Positions 19,298-29,022 of a DNA stretch of 29,509 nucleotides are shown in pieces. Position numbers and translations under genes: made by a program. Positions within the stretch are counted from its first letter, which is position 1, and each line of letters starts with the position of its first letter. Under the pieces are notes generated by a model, which made no database searches, had not been told where the DNA came from, and was given only the letters and a program-made list of their open reading frames with translations. Source of the DNA: Candidatus Sulfobium sp. (lineage in GTDB: Bacteria; Nitrospirota; Thermodesulfovibrionia; Thermodesulfovibrionales; UBA6898); contig JARRRI010000032.1 in NCBI GenBank assembly GCA_037380845.1, positions 1 to 29,509 of the forward strand. Direction: 5' to 3'.

Positions 19298-21772
19298 GTG
19301 AACTTTTCCCTTTTTCACAGACCCAGCAGGTACATCAACGGCGAGTTGAATTCGACCCGCAGGAAAGCCCCTCTAAGGGTGGCTCTCGCCTTCCCGGACG
19401 TATACGAGATAGGGATGTCCCATCTGGGGCTCAAGATACTCTATTCCATTATCAATGCCATCCCTTACGCCTCGGCTGAAAGGGTTTTTTCCCCCTGGAC
19501 GGATCTCGAGGACTACCTCAGGAAAAGCGGAACTCTCCTCGCCTCTCTCGAATCGCGGACTCCTCTGAAGGAGTTTGATATCGTCGGATTCAGCCTCCAG
19601 TATGAACTTTGCTATACCACTGTTCTGAACATGCTCCATCTGGGCGGCATACCGCTGAGGTCCGAAGAGCGCCTGGACGGAAAGCCGGGACCGCTCGTTA
19701 TTGCCGGCGGACCCTGCACACTGAACCCACACCCAATGGCGGCATTTATCGATGCCTTCCTCGTGGGGGACGGCGAGGACGCCGTAAAAGAGTTGATCGC
19801 CGTGTACCAAGAATGGAAAAAGGAGGGAACGGGCAGCCGCATCTCTCTCCTTGAGTCCCTTCGGAAGATCGAGGGCATATTCGTGCCGGCCCTCGGTAAA
19901 GACCATGAAGTCAGGCGCCGCATCATACCTTCTCTCGAGGATGCCCCGTTTCCGGTCGCACCGGTGGTGCCTTTTACCGGCATAGTACATGACAGGATAA
20001 ATATCGAGATCGCACGCGGCTGTTCCATGGGATGCAGGTTCTGCCAGGCAGGAATGGCTTACCGGCCTGTCAGGGAAAGGTCTCCCGGGAAGATACTCGA
20101 GCTGGCGGAGGCCTCGCTGAAACACACCGGATACGAGGACATCTCCTTCACTTCCCTCAGTTCCGGTGACTACTCCTGCCTTTCGCTTCTCCTTCAGAAA
20201 TTCAACCGGAGGTTTTCCGGCAGCAGGGTCGCGATATCGCTGCCCTCTCTGAGGGTGGCATCGATAAACAGCGACGTACTGAAGGAAATCCGGTCTGTCA
20301 GAAAGACCGGTTTCACGATCGCGCCGGAGGCAGGGACGGAACGTCTGAGGGCCGTGATCAACAAGGATTTCAGGGAAGATACATATCTCCGGGCGCTGGA
20401 GACGCTCTTCAGGGAGGGATGGCACAATCTGAAGCTCTATTTCATGACCGGACTTCCCACCGAGACCGAAGAGGACATATCCGCCATCCCGGAGATGGTA
20501 CTTCAGGCGATAAGGATATCGAAAAGACTGAGGGGAAGGCACCTGAATCTGAGCGTCGGGGTCTCTCCTTTCATACCCAAGCCTCATACGCCGTTCCAGT
20601 GGTTCGGACAAAACGACATTGCCGGACTGAAGGAAAAAGACGATTACCTGAAGAGGGCCTTCCTCAGAAGGGGTGTAAAGTACAAGGGCCATAACGAGGA
20701 GATGTCCCTCCTCGAAGCGGCCCTGGCGCGCGGAAATGCCGGCCTTTCCGGGCTGATCGAGGAGGCATGGGCATCAGGATGCAGACTCGACGCCTGGACC
20801 GAGCTCTTCGATTTCGACAAGTGGAAAAGGGCCATGGAAAAGACGGGGATAGACGCCCGCGATTTTGCCGTGAGAGAGTATGGGCCGGACTCGCGGCTCC
20901 CGTGGGACAATGTTTCGACCGGGGTGGAAAAGGCTTATCTGCGGAAAGAATACCGCAAGGCATTGTCGGCCGCTTTTACTAAGGACTGCAAGAGGCAGTG
21001 CCACAGCTGCGGCCTTAAGTGCGGTCCGGGCTCTCCCGCGGCTGAGAGTGAAACTGCGGCCGCCAAAAGTCCGGCACTTTCGGCCGGGACGGCCGGCAGA
21101 GCACTTCAGGGCGTATCGGTCAAGCTGAGGATGAGGTTTGCAAAGACCGGGCGGACCAGGTATCTCTCTCATCTTGAATTGACGACGGCGCTGATACGGG
21201 CTATGCGGAGGGCGGAATTTCCACTGAAGTACTCAAGCGGATTCCATCCCTCTCCCAGAGTGTCATTCGGGCCGGCTCTGTCGGTGGGAGTGGGCGGCCT
21301 GAAGGAATATCTGGATTTCGAAATCTTTCCCCCTTTTGACGCCGCTTCCGCCCTCGCGAACCTCAACGCGACGCTGCCGGAAGGGCTGCGCGCGGACAGG
21401 ATAACCGCCCTTTACGGCAGGGAGAAATCGCTTAACAGTTTTATTGTAAGATATACCTACGAAATCAGGAGTGAAAAGGGTCTTTCCCTGTCTGAGAAAT
21501 TTACAGGGAAGGAAGAGATGATCGTAATGAGAAAAGATGCGCCGATAGACTTGAGGCGGATGATAGAGGAAACCGAAAAGATGGACGACCGGACATTCCG
21601 CATCACTGTCCGCGACATCGGGGATATAAAAGTACGGCTGGACGAAGTTCTGTCCGGGCTCTTCGACGGCCCTCCGGAGGACCTGGAGGTCACCAGGACC
21701 GCCATGTTCGGCTGGCAGGGCGACTGGGTCGAGCCGCTGGAAGGTGAAAAGGTGTGGACAGCGAAATCCTGA
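19298..21772 (+). CDS. TIGR03960-type B12-binding radical SAM protein fused to C-terminal TIGR03936/DUF2344 domain
   Basis: PSRYINGELNS, FPDVYEIGMSHLG, CxxxCxxC (RGCSMGCRFCQAG), TIAPEAGTERLR, LPWD and a C..C..CG..C cluster. The C-terminal domain has RFAK.G..RYLSHLE, YS.GFHP.PR.SFG.AL.VG. Start placed at GTG 19298. Confidence 0.92.
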   Translation: MNFSLFHRPSRYINGELNSTRRKAPLRVALAFPDVYEIGMSHLGLKILYSIINAIPYASAERVFSPWTDLEDYLRKSGTLLASLESRTPLKEFDIVGFSLQYELCYTTVLNMLHLGGIPLRSEERLDGKPGPLVIAGGPCTLNPHPMAAFIDAFLVGDGEDAVKELIAVYQEWKKEGTGSRISLLESLRKIEGIFVPALGKDHEVRRRIIPSLEDAPFPVAPVVPFTGIVHDRINIEIARGCSMGCRFCQAGMAYRPVRERSPGKILELAEASLKHTGYEDISFTSLSSGDYSCLSLLLQKFNRRFSGSRVAISLPSLRVASINSDVLKEIRSVRKTGFTIAPEAGTERLRAVINKDFREDTYLRALETLFREGWHNLKLYFMTGLPTETEEDISAIPEMVLQAIRISKRLRGRHLNLSVGVSPFIPKPHTPFQWFGQNDIAGLKEKDDYLKRAFLRRGVKYKGHNEEMSLLEAALARGNAGLSGLIEEAWASGCRLDAWTELFDFDKWKRAMEKTGIDARDFAVREYGPDSRLPWDNVSTGVEKAYLRKEYRKALSAAFTKDCKRQCHSCGLKCGPGSPAAESETAAAKSPALSAGTAGRALQGVSVKLRMRFAKTGRTRYLSHLELTTALIRAMRRAEFPLKYSSGFHPSPRVSFGPALSVGVGGLKEYLDFEIFPPFDAASALANLNATLPEGLRADRITALYGREKSLNSFIVRYTYEIRSEKGLSLSEKFTGKEEMIVMRKDAPIDLRRMIEETEKMDDRTFRITVRDIGDIKVRLDEVLSGLFDGPPEDLEVTRTAMFGWQGDWVEPLEGEKVWTAKS

Positions 21773-23259
21773 TCAATGTCACCAGGGGGGAGACCAGGGT
21801 AGCACTGCTTGAGGGGGGGCAGGTGGTGGAGTTCTATATAGAGCGAAAGCGTGATGCCAGCCTCGTCGGCAATATATATAAGGGGAAGATCGTCAAAATA
21901 CTCCCCGGTATGCAGTCCGCCTTCGTCGATATCGGTTTCGAAAAGGCCGCCTTTCTCTACGTTGCCGACATCAAGGCTGATACGGATGAATACGCGCCTC
22001 TTTTCGAAGATGCGGAGAAGGACAATTCCATAGAGCTCATCCCCAGACGGGGGCGCTCCGAAATGACCATCGAGGATATCATACAGGAGGGCCAGGAGAT
22101 ACTCGTTCAGGTCTCCAAAGATCCCATCGGAAGCAAGGGGGCCAGGGTCACATCCTATGTCACCCTGCCGGGGAGGTATCTGGTCCTCATGCCGAACGTG
22201 GACCACATCGGGATATCCAGAAGGATCTCCAACGAAGAGGAGCGGAACAGGCTCAAGGGTATTGTGGAAGGTATAAAACCGCCTGGTTACGGCCTCATCA
22301 TCAGGACGGCGAGCGAGGACTCGACCGAAGAGGACATCGGAAAGGACCTCGAGTTCCTTCTCCTTCTCTGGGAAAACATCCAGGAGAAGAAGGACCGCGT
22401 CCCGGCGCGGGGGCTTCTTTACAGCGACCTGGACCTGGTGTCCAGGAGCGTCCGGGACCTGCTCAGCCAGGACGTGGAGCGGCTGACGATCGATTCAGCG
22501 GAAGAATATAACAGAATCATCGAATTTGTGAACATGTATTTCCCGAAACTGCTCAACAAGATCGAACTCTACGAAGAGACCGAACCGATTTTCGACGCCT
22601 TCGGCATAGAGCTTGATATATCAAGGGCTATCGGCAGGAAGGTCTGGCTGAAGTCCGGCGGGTATATTGTGGTCGACCAGACCGAGGCGATGACTGTCAT
22701 CGATGTCAACACAGGCAAGTTCGTGGGCAAAGAAGGTCTCGAAGACACAATACTGAAGACGAACCTGGAGGCGGTAAAGGAAATCGCCTACCAGATCAGA
22801 CTGAGAAACCTCGGAGGCATCATCATAATCGATTTCATCGACATGGACAAACCGGAAAACAGGGAGAAGCTTTTTAACGCCTTCACCGAAGCAATGAAGA
22901 AGGACAGGGCGAAAAATACCATCTTCCACATATCGGAACTGGGGCTTATCCAGATGACGAGAAAACGTGTCAGGGAAAGCCTCGGAAGGACGCTCAGCAC
23001 CACCTGCCCCTATTGCGAGGGCAAGGGGTTTGTGAAATCTCCGGAAACCCTCTGCTATGAGATACTGCGGTCGATAAAGAAGATGGCCAGGCACGGCGCC
23101 AAAAGGATCATCATCACCGGTCACCCGGTGGTTGCGGAGATGCTCTCCGACGAGGAGATGCTCGGCATCGAGGATGTGGAAAGCCGTTACGGGGTCAAGG
23201 TAATGATCCGGGCCGACAACAAGATGCACCAGGAGAATTACGAGGTCAGCTCCCTGTGA
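21754..23259 (+). CDS. rng: Ribonuclease G (Rne/Rng family)
   Basis: GNIYKG.I..ILPGMQSAFVDIG (S1), KDPIGSKGARVT, VIDVNTG, LRNLGGIIIIDFIDM and the CPYCEG Zn-link; 501 aa with no long C-terminal scaffold. Confidence 0.96.
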   Translation: MDSEILINVTRGETRVALLEGGQVVEFYIERKRDASLVGNIYKGKIVKILPGMQSAFVDIGFEKAAFLYVADIKADTDEYAPLFEDAEKDNSIELIPRRGRSEMTIEDIIQEGQEILVQVSKDPIGSKGARVTSYVTLPGRYLVLMPNVDHIGISRRISNEEERNRLKGIVEGIKPPGYGLIIRTASEDSTEEDIGKDLEFLLLLWENIQEKKDRVPARGLLYSDLDLVSRSVRDLLSQDVERLTIDSAEEYNRIIEFVNMYFPKLLNKIELYEETEPIFDAFGIELDISRAIGRKVWLKSGGYIVVDQTEAMTVIDVNTGKFVGKEGLEDTILKTNLEAVKEIAYQIRLRNLGGIIIIDFIDMDKPENREKLFNAFTEAMKKDRAKNTIFHISELGLIQMTRKRVRESLGRTLSTTCPYCEGKGFVKSPETLCYEILRSIKKMARHGAKRIIITGHPVVAEMLSDEEMLGIEDVESRYGVKVMIRADNKMHQENYEVSSL

Positions 23260-24107
23260 GGACTGAAGAGAAGACGGCCGCCGGGAAAAAATTCCAGGCT
23301 CTTCTGGAGCTGCTTGGGAAGGCGGGCAGCGCCGTTCTCGCTTTCTCGGGGGGAGTGGACAGTTCCTTCCTCCTGAAGGCCATGAAGACCGCCGGCGTAA
23401 GGACCCTGGCGGTGACCGCTGTTTCCGAAACCCTTCCGGCCAGGGAGAAGGAGAAGGCTGTTTCCTTTGCGAGGCAGCTGGGCATGGAACAGAGAATCAT
23501 CAGGACCGGGGAACTCGGCAACGAGTCGTTTGCAAGCAACCCGCCCGAGCGATGCTTCTACTGCAAGGATGAACTTTTCAGCAAGCTGGCGGCCATCTCG
23601 CGTGAGGAAGGCTGCGGATTCGTCTTCGACGGAACTAATTCCGACGACCTCCGGGACTACAGGCCCGGCCGGCTGGCCGCTGAACGCCATGGGGTAAGGA
23701 GTCCTCTCGCGGAGTGCGGTTTTTCGAAGGCCGAAATCCGCACCATGTCGAGAGAGCTCGGTCTCGACACATGGGACCGTCCTTCATCGCCCTGCCTCTC
23801 CTCCAGGTTTGCCTACGGAACAAGGATAACCGCACCGGCGCTGAGAAGGGTGGAAAAAGCGGAGGAATTTCTGGAAGGCTTCGGCCTGCGTGATCTGAGG
23901 GTAAGAGACGACGGCAGCACGGCTCGTATCGAAGTCAGAGAAGAAGACATGCACATACTGCTCGATGCCCGCAATCGCCGTCTGATTGCCGGCAAGCTGA
24001 AGTCGCTTGGCTACAAATTCGTATCTCTCGACCTCGAGGGGTACAGGAGCGGCAGCCTGAACAGGGTGCTGGACCGTCCGGAAGCTCAACGCCCCCCTGC
24101 CCGATGA
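23256..24107 (+). CDS. larE: LarE-family ATP-dependent sulfur transferase (TIGR00268, PP-loop)
   Basis: AFSGGVDS, N...RCFYCK, DG.N.DD..DYRPG, SPL.E.G.SK.EIR, SPCLSSR and GYRSGSLN; GTGA overlap with rng. Confidence 0.92.
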   Translation: MRTEEKTAAGKKFQALLELLGKAGSAVLAFSGGVDSSFLLKAMKTAGVRTLAVTAVSETLPAREKEKAVSFARQLGMEQRIIRTGELGNESFASNPPERCFYCKDELFSKLAAISREEGCGFVFDGTNSDDLRDYRPGRLAAERHGVRSPLAECGFSKAEIRTMSRELGLDTWDRPSSPCLSSRFAYGTRITAPALRRVEKAEEFLEGFGLRDLRVRDDGSTARIEVREEDMHILLDARNRRLIAGKLKSLGYKFVSLDLEGYRSGSLNRVLDRPEAQRPPAR

Positions 24108-24180
24108 AGCTGATACGGTAAATATTAATCCGGCTGCCAAATAGGTCCTGTTTATAAAGTTGACGTTTTCTGGTTTGCCT

Positions 24181-24278
24181 GTCATCCCTGCCTTCCCTGC
24201 CGATAGGGATAAGCAGGTGCTGACCTTTCAGGAAGGTCCCCGACTCTCAAAGGCCTTGGGATTGCCGGATAACCGGCA
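24181..24278. repeat. Multi-hairpin intergenic segment, possibly a degenerate GTCAT(T/C)CC-type REP element
   Basis: Starts GTCATCCC. Contains hairpins CCTGCCTTCCCTG/TAGGGATAAGCAGG (24187-24217), GACCTTTC/GAAGGTC and TGCCGG/CCGGCA. Confidence 0.35.
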
Positions 24279-24329
24279 TAAGTGTGAATTCAATCGTGAG
24301 ACGTTTTATAATTAAGAGTATCCTCAACT

Positions 24330-25541
24330 ATGGGCAACGATTTGTCACGATTCCTTGAAGACCTGGATAAATGCGTGCGATGCGGAAGCTGCAAGGCCGT
24401 CTGTCCGACGCATAATCAGGAGCCCCTGGAGCCGATGGGGGCCAGAGGGAGGATTATGCTGCTCAGGGCCCTTATCTCGGGACAGGCGGTACCTTCGCCT
24501 CTTATGAATGAGAGGATTTTCAATTGCATCCTCTGCGGGGCCTGCAGTTCGGCCTGCCCTCTCGGCATGGACGTAGGCGAGGCGATTTACCGGGGCCGCG
24601 AGCTTCTGTGCAGTACCGACAAGGGAAGAAACCGCCTGAGGTCCGCAGCGAAGTTAGCATTGCGCCGGCCGGGGCTGACCTTCAGGCTTCTCCGGACGGG
24701 CAGACCTTTCCTGCTTAAACTGGTCAAAAGGGGGACGGTCCCCTTCCTGCCCGATCTCCCCCGGCATCCACTGGGGAGGGAACAGCAGGTGTTCAAGGTC
24801 TCGAGAAAAAAGGGGCGGGTTGCCGTCTTTACCGGCTGCAGCGTGAATTACCTCTTTCCGGCCCTGGCCGAGTCTCTTATACACGTGCTTCATCGGTTCG
24901 GCTATGAGGTAGTCCTTCCCAAGGGTGAAGTATGTTGCGGGGCGCCGCTGAGGGCCCTCGGTCTCGGAAAAGAGGCCGCCGGACTGGCGAGAAAAAATCT
25001 GGGCGTATTCAGCAGGCTCAACGTTGAAGCGGTCCTGAGCCTGTGTCCCACCTGCACCGACACGCTCAAAAACGGGTACAGAAAGCTGATCGGGACCGGC
25101 CTCGATAACGCAGCCGATATATCCGTTTTCTTCAGGGACAAGCTGACACCGATGAAAAGTATAGGCAAGACCTCGGTTTACCATGACCCCTGCCACCTGC
25201 GGTACGGGCTGGGTATAAGAAAGGAACCGCGGGATATCATCAGGAAGGCCGGCATCGGGCTCGCAGAAACGGACAGTTCAGGTTGCTGTGGCTTTGGCGG
25301 GCCTTTCTGTTTTTCCGCAAGGGCCCTTTCCGGCAAACTGCTTGAGAAAAGGACCGCGGAAATCACCCGGGCCGGTGCCGATGCAGTTGTCACCTCATGC
25401 CCGGGGTGTATCCTTCAGCTGACCCGGACAATAGGGGACCGTCCCGTATTGCACCTTGTTGAGTTGATCGAAGAGGCATATTGCCTGAGGGCGCCGGAGA
25501 ATGAGGAAATCGAGGTGCAGACCGCTGTGGTAAAAAAGTGA
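24330..25541 (+). CDS. GlcF-like (Fe-S)-binding oxidoreductase subunit (2x 4Fe-4S + 2 CCG domains)
   Basis: CVRCGSCKAVCP, CILCGACSSACP, F.GC, CCGAP, CPTC, YHDPCHL, CCGFGG and TSCPGC. Confidence 0.9.
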   Translation: MGNDLSRFLEDLDKCVRCGSCKAVCPTHNQEPLEPMGARGRIMLLRALISGQAVPSPLMNERIFNCILCGACSSACPLGMDVGEAIYRGRELLCSTDKGRNRLRSAAKLALRRPGLTFRLLRTGRPFLLKLVKRGTVPFLPDLPRHPLGREQQVFKVSRKKGRVAVFTGCSVNYLFPALAESLIHVLHRFGYEVVLPKGEVCCGAPLRALGLGKEAAGLARKNLGVFSRLNVEAVLSLCPTCTDTLKNGYRKLIGTGLDNAADISVFFRDKLTPMKSIGKTSVYHDPCHLRYGLGIRKEPRDIIRKAGIGLAETDSSGCCGFGGPFCFSARALSGKLLEKRTAEITRAGADAVVTSCPGCILQLTRTIGDRPVLHLVELIEEAYCLRAPENEEIEVQTAVVKK

Positions 25542-25567
25542 AGTCTTTCGGGAAGAGCGACGAAGGT

Positions 25568-27592
25568 ATGACAGATATAAAGAGCAGGCTGAACCCCGCC
25601 CAGTTTCAGGCAGTGACTGCGACCGACGGACCCGTTCTCGTCATCGCGGGCGCCGGGTCGGGAAAGACGAGAGTCATCGAATACCGGGTGCTCCATCTGG
25701 TCCGCCAGAAGGTCGCCCCTTCCTCCGTTCTCCTCCTCACATTCACCAGGAAGGCCTCGCGGGAGATGCTCTCCCGGGCCTCAAAACACGACCCCCGGTG
25801 CAAGAACGTAGAAGGGGGGACATTCCATTCCTTTGCCTTCAAGTTATTGAAGCGGTACGCAAGGATCATCGGCTTTCCTTCTTCCTTCGCCGTCCTCGAC
25901 GAGAGCGACGCCGGGGAGGCGATCCACAGATGCGCCGCACGGATGGGCCTTTACGAGCGGGAAAAGCGGTTCCCGAAGAAAGACAGTCTGAGGTCGATCA
26001 TAAGCATGTCCATAAACAAAAACACCTCCATCGGAGAGATAATCAAGAAGGAATATCCGCATTTCATGGAAGATATCAGGGACATAGAGAACCTCAGGAC
26101 CGAATACGCAAAATACAAGATCGACAGGAATTATCTCGATTACGACGACCTGCTCGTGTTCCTAAGGATCCTGCTGGACAATTCGGAGCTCAGGGAAAGG
26201 CTTTCCCGGAAGTACCGGTATATCATGGTGGATGAATACCAGGATACGAACAAACTGCAGGGCGATATCGCCTTTCTGCTGGCCGAAAAGCACCGCAACA
26301 TCATGGCGGTCGGCGACGACGCCCAGAGCATTTACGGGTTCAGGGGGGCTTCCCATGAAAACATCATGAAATTCCCGGAGAGGTTCCCTGAATGCACGAT
26401 CGTCAAACTGGAGGAAAATTACCGCAGTTCACAGACCGTGCTTGACGTGGCGAATGCCGTCCTGGAGAACATGAAAAACAAGTATTCCAAGTGTCTTACG
26501 TCGGCGAAGAAGGAGACAGGGCGGAGGCCGCAGCTCCTCTTCTTCAGGGACCCATACGAGGAAGCCGAATGGGTGGCGGAAATGGTAAAACGGCAACTCG
26601 ACGAGGGCGTTCCTCTCAGTCACCAGTGCATTCTCTTCAGGTCGATGTACCTTTCCATCCAGCTCCAGTCAGAGCTGAGCCGGAGGAACATTCCCTACGA
26701 AACTTTCGGAGGACTGAAATTCTACGAGACCGCGCACGTGAAGGATATATTGTCACACCTCAAGATCATAGTGAACCCGAAGGACGAGCTTGCCTGGAAC
26801 AGGGCCCTTATGCTCATCGGGAAAATAGGTCCCAGGACAGCTGCCAGGCTCACTGACGAATTCACAACCTGTGGTTCACTCCAGGAAGTCCTCGCAAAGG
26901 GGTTGCCCGGGCATACGAAAGGACGGGCCTATTCAGAGGGTCTGGCACGACTTGAGACCGCACTGCGTGAGGCGGGAGATGAGAATATGGCCGCCGGAGA
27001 TCGCTTCGAGATAATGATGAAACACTATCTGCCGCTGATGAAGGACAGATACGACGACTGGCATCTCCGGATGAACGACCTGGAGGCCCTCAGGCAGATA
27101 GCCATGCGGTATGCCTCCCTGGAGGAACTCATCGAGGATTTTGCCATAGAGCCCCCTGAAAGAGGGGTCTGGAGGGTGGAACCGGAGACCAAGGAGGAGG
27201 AAAAACCGCTTGTACTTTCCACCATTCATTCCGCCAAGGGGCTGGAGTGGGACTCGGTATTCATCATGGGCCTCGTAGACGGTGTGCTGCCGGTGACATT
27301 CGCTCTGGATAGCGAAGACGACCTGGAGGAGGAGCAGAGGCTCTTTTATGTTGCCGTCACCAGGGCCAAAAACAGGCTGTTTCTCACTTTGCACCATGAA
27401 GGCATGAGGGGCGGCATCTCCAGATTCAACAAGGTTTCACGGTTTGTAGACATTCCCAATGTGCTGGCAAAACTAGATGTCGGGGGGACATATGGACAGC
27501 CTGTCGAAAAATCGGCCGAAGAGGAAGCCGACTCCTCACGCCTTTATGACAAGTCAGCTCTCCTGAAGAAAATTATCGATTCTTACAAATAA
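25568..27592 (+). CDS. uvrD: UvrD/PcrA-family SF1 ATP-dependent DNA helicase
   Basis: LNPAQ, AGAGSGKT, TFTRKA, VDEYQDTN, VGDDAQSIYGFRGA, LEENYRS, STIHSAKGLEW and EEQRLFYVAVTRAK. The start is ATG 25568 or GTG 25538. Confidence 0.93.
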   Translation: MTDIKSRLNPAQFQAVTATDGPVLVIAGAGSGKTRVIEYRVLHLVRQKVAPSSVLLLTFTRKASREMLSRASKHDPRCKNVEGGTFHSFAFKLLKRYARIIGFPSSFAVLDESDAGEAIHRCAARMGLYEREKRFPKKDSLRSIISMSINKNTSIGEIIKKEYPHFMEDIRDIENLRTEYAKYKIDRNYLDYDDLLVFLRILLDNSELRERLSRKYRYIMVDEYQDTNKLQGDIAFLLAEKHRNIMAVGDDAQSIYGFRGASHENIMKFPERFPECTIVKLEENYRSSQTVLDVANAVLENMKNKYSKCLTSAKKETGRRPQLLFFRDPYEEAEWVAEMVKRQLDEGVPLSHQCILFRSMYLSIQLQSELSRRNIPYETFGGLKFYETAHVKDILSHLKIIVNPKDELAWNRALMLIGKIGPRTAARLTDEFTTCGSLQEVLAKGLPGHTKGRAYSEGLARLETALREAGDENMAAGDRFEIMMKHYLPLMKDRYDDWHLRMNDLEALRQIAMRYASLEELIEDFAIEPPERGVWRVEPETKEEEKPLVLSTIHSAKGLEWDSVFIMGLVDGVLPVTFALDSEDDLEEEQRLFYVAVTRAKNRLFLTLHHEGMRGGISRFNKVSRFVDIPNVLAKLDVGGTYGQPVEKSAEEEADSSRLYDKSALLKKIIDSYK

Positions 27593-27654
27593 CCTGACCG
27601 GAATTATTTGTATAGTGCGACCTTCGCCTCCTTCTTTTTAAATATGTTTTTGCA

Positions 27655-27751
27655 CGTCATTCCCGCGGTTTCCAGGCGGGGAACCCATGTTTCCTTTTTT
27701 TGCAAGACCTTGTGGGACAATGGGTTCCCGATTACTGCCCCGGGAATGACG
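27655..27751. repeat. ~97-bp palindromic REP/MITE-like element (CGTCATTCCCG ... CGGGAATGACG)
   Basis: Perfect 11-bp outer inverted repeat (27655-27665 / 27741-27751) plus a 10-bp inner inverted repeat GGGAACCCAT/ATGGGTTCCC (27679-27688 / 27720-27729). Confidence 0.8.
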
Positions 27752-27909
27752 ACAAGGGATCTTTCTTCAGAAGTCCGGTGTAACAGACCGTTTACCGCTG
27801 CTCATGAGGAAGACAGGGCATGACCAGACCTGCGATTATCCGCATTGCCGTCGGCAAGAAAGGCAATATTTTCGTTATAATAGGGCATCCATTCCAAAAA
27901 GGAGTGCCG

Positions 27910-28569
27910 ATGAAATTTTTTATCGATACTGCAAACGTTGAAGAGATCAGGAAGGCAAACGAACTTGGCGTTCTGGACGGTGTTACGACAAACCCTTCTC
28001 TTATCGCGAAGGAAGGGAAGGACCCTGTCGCACTTCTGAGGACGATCTGCGGAGTTGTGGACGGTCCGGTAAGCGCCGAAGTCGTGGGTCTGACGGCCGA
28101 CGGGATGGTAAAAGAGGCCCGTTCCCTGGCAAAGATCAATAAGAACATCGTAGTTAAGATACCGATGATTGAGGAAGGGCTCAAGGCTGTGAAGAAACTC
28201 TCGGCCCTCGGCATCCGAACAAATGTCACGCTCGTTTTTTCTTCCCCCCAGGCGCTGCTCGCAGCAAAGGCGGGGGCGAGTTTTGTAAGCCCTTTCGTCG
28301 GCCGGCTGGACGACATCAGTCATGTGGGCATGGGCCTGGTAAGCGAGATAGTCGAGATCTACGAAAACTATCTCTTCGAGACGGAAATCATAGTCGCCAG
28401 CATAAGGAACCCTCTCCATGTGGTCGAAGCGGCGCGGATGGGCGCCCACGTCGCCACTATCCCTTATGCCGTTATCAGGCAGCTCGTCAGGCACCCCCTG
28501 ACGGACGCAGGGCTTGAGAAATTCCTCAAAGACTGGGAAAAGGTCCCGGTGAAAAAGAAGGCAAAATAA
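27910..28569 (+). CDS. tal: Small transaldolase (TalC/FSA family)
   Basis: [15 protein letters not shown] and the Schiff-base VVKIP. SAEV (Glu) and SPFVGR (Phe) indicate transaldolase rather than fructose-6-phosphate aldolase. AAAGGAG RBS before ATG 27910. Confidence 0.93.
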   Translation: MKFFIDTANVEEIRKANELGVLDGVTTNPSLIAKEGKDPVALLRTICGVVDGPVSAEVVGLTADGMVKEARSLAKINKNIVVKIPMIEEGLKAVKKLSALGIRTNVTLVFSSPQALLAAKAGASFVSPFVGRLDDISHVGMGLVSEIVEIYENYLFETEIIVASIRNPLHVVEAARMGAHVATIPYAVIRQLVRHPLTDAGLEKFLKDWEKVPVKKKAK

Positions 28570-28603
28570 TGATCAATGATCAAGGAATGTCGGGAGGAGC
28601 ATA

Positions 28604-28816
28604 ATGCCTATATACGAATACGTATGCAACAAGTGCAGTGAAGAATTCGAAAAACTCGTCTTCGGGAACAAGGCTGTAGACTGTCCCAAGTGTTCGTCGG
28701 AAGACGTCAGGAAGAAAATGTCCACCTTCGGGATGAGCGGGGTCGATAAGCCTTTCGCAGGGTCTGATTCAGGATGTACCTCCTGCAGCAAAGGAACCTG
28801 CTCTTCCTGCAAGTAA
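28604..28816 (+). CDS. FmdB-family zinc ribbon protein
   Basis: MPIYEY.C..C...FE, CPKC.S..V.K..S.F and a Cys-rich tail (CTSC..G.CSSC); GGAGG RBS. Confidence 0.93.
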   Translation: MPIYEYVCNKCSEEFEKLVFGNKAVDCPKCSSEDVRKKMSTFGMSGVDKPFAGSDSGCTSCSKGTCSSCK

Positions 28817-28938
28817 CAACCACGCCTGCCTACCCCGCAACCCGGATTTAACCGGGGGCACACAGACAAACAGGGATAAAAACGGCTGTGTTCACTTGGG
28901 AGCGCCTCACCTTCCGGACGAATGGCGAGAAGGCTTCA

Positions 28939-28961
28939 AGGTCTCAGGGAGGCCTCTTTTT
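28939..28961 (+). terminator. Weak candidate terminator after tal-zinc ribbon
   Basis: AGGTCTC-agg-GAGGCCT followed by CTTTTT; short stem with a G-U pair. Confidence 0.3.
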
Positions 28962-29022
28962 GGTTTCCTTCCGGGCCGTTTTGCGCGTTGCAGGTTAGAA
29001 ACTTCCGGCTTTAACGGGACTG

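Noticed and set aside
19373..20692. 439-aa ORF antisense to the radical SAM gene (likewise 2751-3923, 21457-22206, 27802-28494 and other overlapping ORFs)
   Set aside because: They overlap well-supported genes almost entirely, are expected in GC-rich DNA, and show no family motifs.
27608..27823. 71-aa ORF between uvrD and tal, and 62-aa ORF at 705-893
   Set aside because: They run through a palindromic repeat or the tRNA promoter, lack clear RBSs, and have no protein-like features.
27910..28569. Fructose-6-phosphate aldolase (fsa) annotation
   Set aside because: Glu in SAEV and Phe in SPFVGR are the transaldolase-type residues; FSA has Gln and Tyr.
28845..28900. Degenerate CACAGA(C/T)-type palindromic repeat (CACACAGAC...CTGTGTTC)
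   Set aside because: Arm complementarity is too short (about 6 bp) to support a call.
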